A program made the position numbers and the translations under genes. A stretch of 64,000 bases of DNA from Vicugna vicugna (taxonomy: Eukaryota), in NCBI GenBank assembly GCA_013265495.1, contig MU058244.1, positions 186,001 to 250,000 of the forward strand, written 5' to 3'. The first letter of the stretch is position 1; the number at the start of each line of letters is the position of its first letter. A model generated the notes under the pieces. That model saw only the letters and a program-made list of their open reading frames with translations, did no database searches and was not told the DNA's origin. Below are positions 24,248 to 38,440 of this stretch, piece by piece.

Positions 24248-24860
24248 GCACTTTTACCACATTGCAAACTATTCCATGGAAACTCTGCGCAGGTACCCCA
24301 GCGGCCCGGCCGTAGCAGTGTGCCTTATGGACACAGCTTCCAGAGCAAGTCAGATTATGGACAGCCCGGCAGCCAAGCCCCGAAACGCTACGGTGTTCGT
24401 CTGTCGATGTGTGTCCCTGAGGGCCCTCAGGAGCCTCCGGCAGCTGTGACGAGTCCCAGCCCCTGGAACTCAGCCCCAGGAAGGGAGGAGAGGTTCTGCT
24501 GTAGGTCGGACCCACGTGGGAGCACGTCACAGCGACCCTGCCGCTGGCGGAGTGGCCTCCGTGATTCGGGAAGGGGTCCGGGGTCTGCACAGACGTCTCC
24601 ATTTATGTACATTTACACCAGGTATAAATACAAAATAGTAAATAAAGGCTTCCTCTCCATATAAAAAGGGTGGGTCGTCCGCCGCCAGGCCGCTCTGTCC
24701 GTGGGCGAGAAACGTGCCCTCCAGGTCTGTTCTGGTCTGGACCCGGAGAAGACGCGCCCCGTGGACCTGCCGCGAGGGCCCTGGCGTCCTCGGGGCAGCC
24801 TGGTGGCCCTGAGTTCACCAGCCTCCCACATCCCTCGGCACTGGCCGCGGCTCGTGGTCA

Positions 24861-25110
24861 CTACCTCCCGGCGGAGACTCTGTGCTCGGGGTCCAGGTCG
24901 TCCTCTACGACGCTGCGCAGCCCGTCCCTCTCCACGCAGTCCCTGACTGCCTGCAGCACCACGCGCAGCCGCCGGTCCAGCGCCTCCAGGTGCGGCGGGT
25001 ACAGGACGGGGGCCACACGGTCCCCCCGCAGGGACTCGGCCATCAGCAGGCTGAGCTTGTACTCCTCCTTGGCCAGAAGCTGCAGCCGCAGGTAGGTGGA
25101 CTTCCTAATC
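24861..25110 (-). CDS. FAM20C: FAM20C last coding exon 10 (250 nt including TAG stop)
   Basis: [82 protein letters not shown]; ctgcag acceptor. Confidence 0.97.
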
Positions 25111-25619
25111 CTGCAGGGACAGCGCGGTCAGGCCCGCCAGCTGAGAACCAGTGCCTCCTCCGCCCCGAGCGCGGGTCCCGGCTTAGCCCCGGCCTGCTCA
25201 GGCCCCTGCCTTTCTGAGGCCCTGGGTGAGGGTCCCGCCTCGCAGGACGGTGCCTGGATGGGCCCAGCAGTGCACCTGTGAGTCCAGGCAGATAGGGCAG
25301 GAGGGAGGCGGCCCCCACTCAGCTCACATCTGTCTGGGCCAGGCAGACACGGAGGTGCCCCCAGCCCAGTGCAAAGGGTTCCCCCCACAGCCTCCTTCCA
25401 GAGGAGGGATGGGTTTGGGAGCCCCACGGAAGGAGGCAGAGTCTGGAGAGCTGGGACCCTGGGCCTCAGTGTCTTGCTCTGAAGGTGGGCTGTCACAAGA
25501 AGCTGGGGTCCCAGGCCAGGTAGGGGCTGTGAGTCGCCAGTGGGGGATGGGAGGCTCCGCCTTCTGCTCAGTGGCAGGGTCACAGGTGGTGGGGCCCCTG
25601 GGCAGGGGCAGGGCCCTAC

Positions 25620-25679
25620 CTGCAGCACTGCTGTAGAGGCGCCAAGATGGAAAGCTCATCGTGGGAATGTTTCCCAAAC
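25620..25679 (-). CDS. FAM20C: FAM20C coding exon 9 (60 nt)
   Basis: Hand-translated FGKHSHDELSILAPLQQCCR; ccacag acceptor at 25680, gtaggg donor at 25619; keeps the frame between exons 8 and 10. Confidence 0.95.
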
Positions 25680-26443
25680 CTGTGGGAAGAAGGGCAGAGT
25701 GGTGGAGAGGCCCCACGCAGGGGCCGCTGTGTGCAGACATCATGCATAGGCACCTCACGGGGACAGAAGCGCCAGAGCAGGCAGTGCCTGTGTGTGCCCT
25801 GCCGGGCTGCAGAGCCGGTGGAGGCCGGGCAGTGTGGCCTGGCCCCTCCTGTCCCAGCCCCAGAGGTGGGCCCCTGAAAGCCGCCTGAGGTCTGGCCGCG
25901 AGGCTGAGCAGAAGCTCAGGAACGAAGGGTCCCAGGAAGGCTGGGTGGAGGAGGCTTCAGGGTGGGTCAGCCTAGGGCCCAGCTGCAGGGGTGTCTTTCC
26001 CAGCCAGAACTAGTGACCCACACTTGCAGCTGTCCAGATGCCCAGAGCTGATTCCCCCGAGGCCTCTGGGTACCTGCACATCTGACCGTTCGGAGGGGCG
26101 GGTCCCCTGCACACACCCACTTCCCCACCCCGCACCAGCAGATTACTCTCCCGGTGGCCCAGGACTGAGTAGTGGCCGCCCAGCAGTGGCTGCAGGCCCT
26201 CCTGACGGGGTAGGGAGGGTGTCCGTCCCAGCCTCCTACATGCCTCACCACCCCACCCTCCTTGGCCAGAGCCTCTCTAGGCTGTGGAGTTCACAGGCTC
26301 ACCGGAGCCCTGTTTACACCCAGCAGGAGGCCTGGCCGGAGCCCTGCGGCACACAGAGGGGTCTTTGGGGTCTGGTCTGGGCTGCAGATGGGTGGGAATG
26401 CGGCAGCCCTTCACTGTGTCTGGAAGAGCAAGACCAGGGCTCA

Positions 26444-27007
<564 letters not shown>

Positions 27008-27332
27008 TTAAGAAGCAGGGCCTGGACACCACACATGCAAGGACGTCTTTGTGGCTGGAAGAACAGGGTGTCTCTTGCAAGAAGGGCAAGGGTCTGACAC
27101 CACGTGCAAGGGCAGAGACCCCAGCGGCAGGCAGATCAGCACCCCTGCAGGGACACAACCTGTTCCCAGAGTGAGGGGCCTCTGGTCATCCATCCCGACA
27201 CGTGCAGTCTAGCCCCACCTCACGCCACATGGCCATTGCCCAGACCCCCGCGCTTGTTCTCGGCCACAGACGGGCAGGGTCGGCCCCCAGGACCCCATGG
27301 AAGTCAGAACCCTGGGACCCCAGCCCCACTCA

Positions 27333-27773
<441 letters not shown>

Positions 27774-27904
27774 TTAACGGCTGTTCAGTGGCTTGAAAAA
27801 GGCCCTTGTACCGAAAAGAAAGAGCTCAGCACGGGGGTGATGCCCGCACGTTGCAGCCAGGTGCGACCCAGTAGCTGCGCGTACAGACACTTATGGCTCA
27901 GCAA

Positions 27905-28640
27905 TTAAACGACAGACAAGGCAGTACTAAGCGGGCAAAGAGTCCAAAGGGCTCGTCTCCAGAAACACGCAAAAATGGCTGCCGTGGACACAGAAAGCCA
28001 CTTGTCACCATCAACTGCCAGGGAAACGCAAGTCAAAGCCCCAAGGAGACGCCGCTTCTCAGCCACCGGGAGCTCTGACCGGAGGGACGACGGCATAAGT
28101 GCCGCCGAGGGCGTGGGTGGGAGCGCTGGGGTGCAGCCGCTGCGAGAAAGGCCGGTGGCTCCTCATCACCACGGGGCCCGCAAGTCCACCCCCGGCACCC
28201 CTGGGAGAAATGACACCATGTCTGCACACGGACTCCTGCACCATGCTCATGGCAGACTGTTCACAGCAGTCAGAGACTGGAAACAGCCCGTGCCCACCAG
28301 TGATGGGGAATAAACACTGTGGTACATCTGCAAAACGGACCGTTACCTCGCCATAAAGGGAACAAACCAACACTTGCTACCACGTGCATGGACCACAAGC
28401 AGGATGCCCCGTGGACGAGGCCAGACATTCCTCAGAGGAAACGCTGGGAACAGGTAGATCCACTTGGAAACGGTGGTGGCTGCCAGGGCCAGGGTTGGGG
28501 AACTGGGGTGACTCTGAACAGGGATAGGGGTTCCTTTTGGGGGGAGAAAATGTTGTGGAATCATAGTGGCGACTGTTGCACAACTAAAACCCGCTGAACT
28601 GTACATGACACGAGCTGGATTTACAGCATGTGACGTGCAT
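27905..28640 (+). mobile_element. Old L1M (L1MB-like) 3' end
   Basis: gagaaatgacaccatgtctgcacacggac...aataaacactgtggtacatc...gtggtggctgccagggc...ggggttccttttggggggagaaaatgttgtggaat...gttgcacaact. Confidence 0.75.
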
Positions 28641-31600
28641 GCCAGGAAGGAAGGGCGGTTTGCAAAGCGCCCACCAGCATCTCCTGGCCCAGCTAATCAG
28701 CCAGCAGGCATCCACGGGTGTGCGTGTACTGATGGAATCCGTATTCTCTTTCGTCACTTTGTTTGTTGGTGGGGAGCCCCTGAGAGCCTGGGGGTGCAGA
28801 AACACAGGGGCCAGAGCCCCAGACGCCACCCCCGAGCCCCCTCCCATCTGTGCGAACGGCCACCTTCCCAGACCAGGCACCCCCGCCCTGCACATCCTGC
28901 CAGAGCGGCACGCATAACCAAAGGTCACTGTCAGGGGATCAAGGAAAGACCAGCCTGAGATCTTGTCTGTGTCGACACGGCTCGACCTCAGCTCCACTTT
29001 CAGTACAAAGTCATCTGAGCCCCTACATCCGCCCACCTAAACCGACAGCTGAGCGGCTTTAGGTGGGTTCATGTGAAAAGACAGCATTTCATGGGCCTTT
29101 TCCTCGCCAGAGACCAAATCCGGGCTCTACACGGACATCCAGGGTGGGGCTCTGACAGCCCCGGCCTCTCTCGCTTCCAAGCTGTGCCACCTTGGGGAAG
29201 CCCTTCCCCTCTCTGTGCCTCGTCTCCTCTGAGCCGGGGCCGCGGCAGCACCGGCCTTGTGGGCGAGTGTTGAACACGTGATCCAGGGAAGGCGTGAGGG
29301 GCCCTGCAGAGGGAGAGGAGGGGCTTGGGACCAGTCTCAGGGACAACACTCAAGATAGACAGGCCCAGGTAACCTCTGACCATCCGAGGGTTCAGGGAGG
29401 ATGGGCTGCCCAGGGGAGGAACTCGGTCTCTGCGAGGGTCAAGACGTCCCAACGCCCGCCCGCCTAAGAGTCCCTGAGGGTCCAGACAGGCCTGCCTCTG
29501 AATGTTTTGGACGTTCGCAGGCTGCAGTGGTGCCATCGTGCCCAAACTGGACACCCCTAAGAGCAGTGGGGATGTCATGTGTGGCGGGGCCGCTGAGGAG
29601 GGGCCTGAGGCTGCCTGGGCTCTGCTATGTGAACCCCTCTGGCCCTCCGTGCGAATTTAGACTGGACACTAACCACGGCGTGTGGACAGAGCCCCAGTGA
29701 CTACCCAGCCAGACCCGGGCCGACACGGCGGGAGAGGGGCAATTTAAAGAGCGAGGCTGAGTGTTTTGGAGGGGCAGGAGGGGTTTCTGGGGGGGTCGCA
29801 TGGGTCCCGGGTAGAAACCCACAGGTCCGCACAGAAGGACGTGTGTATAAAATAAAGACGGGAACTTGCCAGAAAAGTACAAGAAACGTGCTCCAGAAAC
29901 CTGGGGCCTAGAAGCCTTGGCCTCCAGTCACCGGCCCCGCAGCATCGGCCACTTGGCTGCCCGACTGTCCGGCCCTGGCAGGAAGGGCCCCCTCACCCCG
30001 TCGGGTTCCTGGCCCTCCCACTGGCCGCACAGATGTCCTCCTTTTCGACTGACCCGGAGCAGAGCCACTCAGGCCCCGGAGGCGGAAGGGAGTGGAATAA
30101 AGGCTCCGGCAAAGCTCCAAAGGCCGGAGAAGTGCCAGGCAAGCAAAATTGGTATAAACGAATCTGAACGGATTTCGTCTTCTAACAGGAGATCAAAGCT
30201 GGCTCCCATCACCCGTGGCTTTAGAGAAAACCAGGCACTTTCGAAGGCTTCTGGGACAGAGCAGGGTGAGGGGAAGAGGCAGCCTGGCAGAGGCGCGTGC
30301 GGAAGCTGGCCAGCGCATTTAGGGGAGGCTCACCAGAGCATGATCCAAGTGAGGCCCTCCGGCGCCAAGTGAGGTTTCCAGGCGAACCGGCGGCCGGCCC
30401 GGGAGCGCAGCTGGGAGCTGGGAGCCCGGAGTGTCGGCACGTACCCCCATGCCGGCGTCGGCACCGCGCACGTGGGGATGCGCCGGGGACCAGCGGGCCC
30501 AACGCGGGATGACAGGTGGAGCGCCAGCGCCTGGTTGGCTCATCTGCTGATCCTAGTAGCTGACTGTCTTCTGTTTGCAGAAAGGAGCCCACAAGCCACA
30601 CACGTACGTGAGACTCCAGGGCCCGGACCGCAGCTGCCTCTCACTCGGAGGATCCTGAGCCATTCGTCAGCAGGAAGGCCCCTCTGCGCCAGGGGAAGCG
30701 AAATCCAACACACGTTTCCCGGACTTGTTTCCTTTTCTCGAGATTGCAAACTCCAGTCCCTCCACCTCCTTTTGGGCAAGTTACTTGGTCCCCTCCGTTC
30801 AACGCCCACCAGCAGTCTGGACAGAGAAAACCCAGGACGCCCGTCCAGTGGAACAGGACTCGGAAACGGGAGAGAAACCCAGGTCCAGGGGGCGGTGAGG
30901 ATGAATCTCAAAATGGCATGAAGGGAGAGACGGGGCACACCTGGCACCCGCCCTCCACCTGCAACAGCCTGAGGAAGAAGCCACCTACTCGACCACAGGC
31001 AAGGCGGGGGCACAGTGGGAGGCGGCTCTGGGGGGCGGGCACGGTCACCACGTCTCGACTGTGGAGTCGGTTCTAGGTGCAGCAAAACCCATCGGGCCCT
31101 GGACTTCAGTAGAACTGTTTGAAAATGGGGATGAGGAAAGAATGGGGCTGACCGAGCCTCGGGCTCTGCTCTGGCGCCGACACCAGAACCTTCCATCTGT
31201 GCTGTGGCGGGCAGCAGGGGCACAGCACTGCGTTGGGACAGCACTGTCCCGCCCATTCACACCCGCTGCGGGGCCGCAGCCTGTCGAGGTCTGAGGGAGC
31301 TGCGGGCGCTGGTCAACCTGCTGCAGAGCCTGAGCACAGGTGGGACCAGGTTCGATCTGCAAGGTGCCACATCCAGCCCGAGTGGCCACACCATGCACGT
31401 TCTCAGGGTTAAGAGGCGCTGGACCTCTCTGTGCCTGGCCTGTCCGTCCTTCGTCGGATCTGGGATGAGCCCCTGCACAGAAACGCCAAGGCCCATGTTG
31501 AACGCAGGTGGACGAGGGGGTCCCCACACCTGGGGGTGGGAACAGGGGAGCCACGCATGTTGCAACCTCACTCTTTAAACCTTTGACATGAAAAACTGCA

Positions 31601-33099
31601 GAAGGACATCAATAGGGAGCAGCCACGTGCCTGGTGGTCCCGAGGGTGTGGCCCAGCCTGGACTCGGTGGCTGTCACCGTGGGTGGTGGAGGCGCCAGGG
31701 CATCTAGTTTGAAGAGACCACGAGAGGGGTCCCTGACAAGTGGCAGAAAGCACAAGAGCCCACGGTCAGCTCTCTGGGGAGAAAAGCCTTTCCCATGGCT
31801 CAGGCCGTGTGGACAGGAGCTGAGTTCTCCATGAGGCAATGAGCTCCCCGTCCCTGGTGGTGTACAAGCTGCAGCGGTGGGGCAGGCTTGGCAAGGCCAA
31901 CCGAGAAGCCCTCAGAGTCCATCCGGGAGCACAGGCTCTCACTCGGCCCTCGTCCTGGTCACGTGGGCGAGGAGAGGGGTGAATCGTCCGGCGTTTTCTG
32001 TCCTCCTTCCCACCCACCCACCATGGGCTCCGCACGAGGCTCTCCATGAGCCTGGATGGCGAGGCTGGAGCTTGATGTCATCAAGGGCTTATAGGCCCCG
32101 GCTCCGACAAGCTCATGGCCGTGGCTAAGACACGTGCAGAGGGTGTCAACCTGAACATCCACGGGACATGAGTTCAGGGGTTGGGCTCTTAGGTGCCAGC
32201 AGATCTTGAGACGTAGCCCGTCAAGGGCCCCAGGTGGATTCTGTCTGCAGGAACCAGCCATGGTGGGTGCCGGGTGTGACCGAGACAGTCCTGCAGGGTG
32301 GGAGGGGCCCGTGCAGTCTCGGTGGCCCCGCCGCGTCACTCCACTCTGCTCTGCCGGCATCAAGGGGTCAACTCAAGACGCTCCAAGATGAAGTGTAAGT
32401 GACAAAAGGCTCGGGTGTAGGAGTGCCCCACGCCTTGGGCCTAGTGAGTGGGGAGCGCCCGGGAACTGCTCAGCGCGGGGTCTGGACCAACGGGAGCGCC
32501 CAGGGAGGAGGGGAGAGAGGGCTGGGGGGCCCAAGTGCCCAACCCAAGCCAAGCTGGGGCGGGTAGCTCGCAGGGTGTGGCTCAGTTCACACGTGCGCCC
32601 AAGGTTGATACTATGATGTAAGACAAAAGCGTGTGCACCGCAGTCTATGACACAGTCCCGAAGGCGCTCATCGCCGTCAGCACCACAGTGATGTGCTCAT
32701 CGTACATGAGTGTGCAGGGGACCCACCTGCAGGGGGCCCGCACACACCCTCGGCGACCGGGGGAGCTGCCACTCCTCGTCCAGCGCTGCATGGAGGAAGG
32801 GGAGACAGCACGGCCCTGCCACTACGTGAGGGTCTTGCTGGGCTGTTTTAAATCTGGGGAAAGTCCAGGGAATGGAGGTGCCCTCTGGCTGGACCACCTG
32901 GAGGAGACCTCCCGGGAGGCTGGGGATTTTCTAAAGTAACTCATGTGCCTTTTAAGACAAACAAATGGTAGAAACAACCTCTGTGCCAGCCTGGGGATGG
33001 AGTCAGTCATGGCGCAAGACCATTCTAGCAGCTCTTAGAGTTCGGGCGTGGCTCCCAGTAAAGAGAAAAAGTAGCCGAACCCAGTGACATGCAGGGGTG

Positions 33100-33699
<600 letters not shown>

Positions 33700-34870
33700 C
33701 TACCTGCCAGGTGCCCAGGCAACTAAAACACACCCTGCCTCGGGGCTGAGCCTAAAACAAAATCAAAGTAACCGCTGTCAGTGGGGCTCTCTCTGAACCA
33801 GGCGCCGCTGCCCGCTAATCAAACAGAGGGCGGGGGTGAGCCTTTCTGGCCAAGGCAGGGCGCGGCTGTCCTGCAGGAGAGGCACACGGTGCTGGGGGCA
33901 CGGGCACGTGGCTGCCTCGTCCCACCCCCGCGCCCCACCCCAGTGTAAATGAGCCCCTCCCAGTGAGCAGCCCTGAGGCTTTCGGGTGAGTCTTCTGTCC
34001 CCAGAAGGGCTCTTTCCTGGGCTTGGGCTGCTCTCGACGTGGAAACTGCTGAAACTTGACTTGGGGGTTTCTGTTGCCACCACATAAGATTTGACCTTTA
34101 AAAAACCCAGCCCAGCAAACCGGCATGAGCACATGGGTCACCTGGGACCGTGTTAGAATGTGGATTCTGGCCCTCAGGTTTGGGAGGAGGCCCGGACTCT
34201 GCATTCTGACTGGCCGGGGTGACACTGGTGCTGTACCCCAGCCACACTGGCTCAGGGCTCGCATGCAGACGGGAAGGCTGAGGGCCAAGGTGGGTCTCCC
34301 AACCCCCAGGACCCCTAGGCTGACCCAGAGCCAGGCCGTGGACCCTGGAGGGGCCAGAACTCTGAGTGAGTCCATCCAGCTTGGCCTCCTGTTGGTCGCC
34401 TGCCCACTTCCCGAGCCACGAGGGGCATGTGGAACCCCAAAGCAATTCACGTTCTGCTGGGCAGAGCTGCCTGGAGACAGGTGATCGTGGGGAGAAAGGC
34501 CCAGTTTTGTGAGACTCATGACCTTCGGCATCCGCAGAGAAGGGGACACCCTGCGATTTTCTGAGTTAAATCCACGACCCTCAACGCTCCCTCCTCTTTT
34601 CTCTGCTTTATCCCGACAGCCTGCTCGACCACCCTGGCTGAGCACACAGCAGGGCACGTCCACGGCGTTACACCACCACAAGGGCAGGGACCCCTCTGCA
34701 CTTGACAGGACCGGTTACGAGTATGGGCTATGGGCAAGCCACCCGCTCTCGGAGCCCGGGTGTCCTTGCCTGTTCAGTGCGGGGAGCAGGGGACCCACTG
34801 GTTGGCGGCAAGGGTGGCAGGGCCCACCGCACACATTGCTCAGACCCCGGCAGCACACGGTGGGGGCTCA

Positions 34871-34996
<126 letters not shown>

Positions 34997-37113
34997 TCAC
35001 GGAGGAAGGCTCCCAGGAGGAGGCACCTGTGGCTCACTCCAGCTCACAGGAGCTGACTATCAAATTCCGAATTCTGGGATCGGTGGTTGAAGCACAGCTG
35101 TCATTAAAAATTAAACTACGTAAGTTACATTTAAGCAGTGATAGATACTCAGAGCTCAGGACTTCCCGGCTCTCTCTCCACCCACTGTCCCTGCGCTCTC
35201 GAGGCTGTTCCTGGTCTGCGGGTGGATCTCGGGATGGGCACCTGTTCCCAGCCCACCTCTGGTGACCTCGTGTGGAGCCTGAAGCCAGCTGCAGAGGGAG
35301 GTCTGCACCGTGGAAACTGATTATTAACTAGTTCCTAGATCCAGGCCCCTAGACAGACTCTCCTGAGCAGCAGAGGAACCGCCTGAGCGAACGGCTCCTC
35401 TGGCTCAGGTTGTGCAAACTGACCCGACCTGCTCTCCGCCGCCCAGCGGCTGCCTGGACAGAGGGCCCCCTGGGGGGGTGTTGGCTCCTGTTCCAAAGTC
35501 CACGAGGGGACTATTTCCAGTGTCCCCAGAGCATCCTGGTGTTTTGGCCACTGCCCTGCATCATCCTATCTTCCCGAGCTGAGCTGAGGTCACCACACCT
35601 CCTCCGGGGCCTCCGCTCTGCTGCTCCATCTTCCTAGAACGACCTTCCCTTCGCATCTCACAATGCCTGGGGGTGGGGGAGCATTCCCAAATGTGTGTCC
35701 CACCCAACCAGGCCCAGGGGCTCCCAGCACAAAAGGAGGCCTCCGTCAAAGTTTGGAGTTTGGGTAATGGAGCCACTCTCTGAGGTCTCAACCATGCATA
35801 TGAGCTCTGTAAAGGCTCTGACAAGGCCTGCAGCCCTCTGCTTCTCTACCCATGTGGTTCCTAACACTTTCTGCATTTGTGAGAACTGCTGGCTAAGCTC
35901 TCAGTGCAAGTTCCCCACTCAAAGGCCAGCTCCTTCACAAGCCTTCCTGATGCCACAGAGCATGGGCCTCTGCTGGCCCAGGCCCTCCCAGCCTGGCGAG
36001 CAGACAGCAGTGTGTTCTGCCCCTTGCTGCCCCAAGGAAGCCCCACTGGACCACCAGATGTTCTCCCGCTGGGCTGGCCGCCCCCTCGCAGTGTGTGAGT
36101 GACAGGAGTCTGGATGGGCCCTCTCTGGACTCAGGTCACCCCGGGGTGGGGAGGATTAAGCAAGGAGCCCCACAGTGAGAGGCAGACTCACCTAGAGGTT
36201 AACACTCACCCCTCCACCGGGCCTGGCACAGGAGGCCACGTGCAGGGCTCTCATGAAGGGTGAACGCCCCTCTGTAAACATCAGCACTCAGCTGGCGCCG
36301 GAGGCAGACACACTGAGATGTGTGCCCTCTGTCCAAAGTCAAGTGGGAGCACACGCTGCCTACATGAGGTCCACCGTAGGGGACTGTCTGGCCGGGGGCA
36401 CCGCCCGGCCAGACTCAGAGAGGGGACTCGACCCTCAGCCTCGTAAGGATGCCCGCAACCTTCCTCGAGCTGGGGAGCACGGAGAATCAGGGGCCCACGT
36501 CTCCCCCACCGAGGCCGTCCGGTCTGGGCTTGAATGCTGCCGGTGACAGAAGACTCAGCACCCCCCCAGGTAACTCTTCCATCCCAGCTCCCGGTCTGCA
36601 TCCCTCCTACCCAGCACACAGCTGAAGTCGGCTGGGACCCTCAGAGCATCCTGGCCCCACTGCCGGCCAAGGCCACTGCTGAACACGCACAGGTACTGAG
36701 TGCTGAGGCCACACGGGAGGGCCAGCTGTGTCTGCTCCCTGTGCTCTCAGAGCTCCCAGCAGGGACACACCCCCTTCTCTGCGCTTCCCCGAATGTCACC
36801 TGAATCGGCCTTTCCAGGAACAAGCTTGTGATGCTGGGACAGACCGTGGCTGGTGTCACCCTGGCCCTGCACCCAGGCCCCACATGAGCCACAAAGGAAG
36901 ACATGACAGACCGCCCACTGCCCATGACGGGGCTGGTGTCAGGGCGGGGCGGTGGCAGGAGGTACAGGCCCGGGACAGTTGGGCGCCTGACAGAAGTGAA
37001 GGCCACACTGGCCAGGGCGTCTAAGACTTCAGGGGAATGGAGTCTAGGCTTCCTTGTGGACTCTCCTGAGTTTTAAATGCTGGCACAAGTAAATTTAATT
37101 TTTAAAAAAACAC

Positions 37114-38440
37114 TGTGGATCTAAGACAGGAGGGAAGGGGGCAGGGCACAGCCATTCAAGGAGTGCTGCTACAGCAATCGCCACCAAGATGGGGGCAGGT
37201 TCAACACCCCCCCGGCGGCCTCGAGGCTCGAGATGGCAGGAGATCTGACTTCTAGTGAACTTGAGCTTCATTATATGCTCATCGCAATACATTAGCATGG
37301 TGAATAACATGCCCACAGGCACCATGGCAGCTCCAACGCTGACCACAGAAAGTCAAAGAGTGGGCAGTAGCCAGATTCCTGGGAGCCCCAGCCGCTTCCC
37401 CGGGGTAGGTGGAATGGTCGTCCCACTTCTTAGCATGTGGAGCTGCTGAGCCCATAAAAACCAGCAACACCGCACCTCGTGGCCGCCTCTCTTGCTCTGC
37501 ACTCTGTCTGTGGAGCGTCTACCTACTTTTACTTTAACCTGAGCACCCAACCCCCACACCTCGTGGCCTCCCTCTTGCCTTCTGAAACAGCCTGCACTCT
37601 GTGGAGTATGTATCTCTCTAAATAAATCTACCTTTACTCAGCTGTGGCTCGCTCTTGAATTCATTCCTGCACGAAGCCAAGGACCCACACTTGGCGAGGC
37701 ACGTCCCAGGCTCCACCGAGACCAGGGACACGGCCCTCCTCTTGCCCACATTTGTTTTTCTGTATCAGGTCGAACCAAATACTAGAGCCTCCCTCATCGG
37801 GTGCTGCCCACGGCCCTGAGTCTGCGGCCGCTGAGGGCTGGGTATTTTTGAGGTTGAAACGTGGTCGTTGACTCAACTGAGAATTACTGGTTGAGAAAGC
37901 GCTGTCTACGCACACTGGTTCTACAGATTTCAACGTTTTAACCAGAAAAAGGGTGGTGCAGACTTGAGATTTCTTCCCTGCAGAACTTCTGTGAGCCCTG
38001 GACATGCACAGATCCCAGAACGCCTCCCACCCAGGCAGCATTTTGTCTGCCTCAAACCCTACCCCACACATCCCTGGACTTTTTTTCAGTCTGTTGTGGA
38101 ATTAAGAGGGTTTTTTTTTTGGAAAACATGGGCCTCAAACACTCATCACCTGGGCAGTCAGAAGTCACTGCCAGTCCGCGGAGAAGAGCCCTTCACAAGG
38201 AACCTATAAAAATGTATGAAATTATTGGCCTTAAGAGGCCCCTGGGGCCACACTTGGGGCTGGACAGCATTCCCTCCTGTGCCTTCCGGGGACCTGCCGT
38301 CCCCACCCTACCCAGGGGCTCCAGGTAGCTGAGCCTGCTTTTTGTGTGGCCTGCATGCAGCCTGAACTCCCCTCACTGGCCCAGCGCGTTCCAACAGGAC
38401 TTTCCACGATTAGTCAGGTTAATTTACCTCTAAATAGGCA
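37114..38440 (+). mobile_element. ERV1-class long solo LTR (cetartiodactyl type) with an internal ~85-bp duplication
   Basis: gggaagggggcagggcaca..., cattatatgctcat.gcaatacattagcatg, TATA-like cataaaaa ~37453, aaataaa ~37620, ends taaataggca; duplicated cacctcgtggcc...tgcactctgt at ~37472 and ~37557; ends approximate. Confidence 0.7.
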
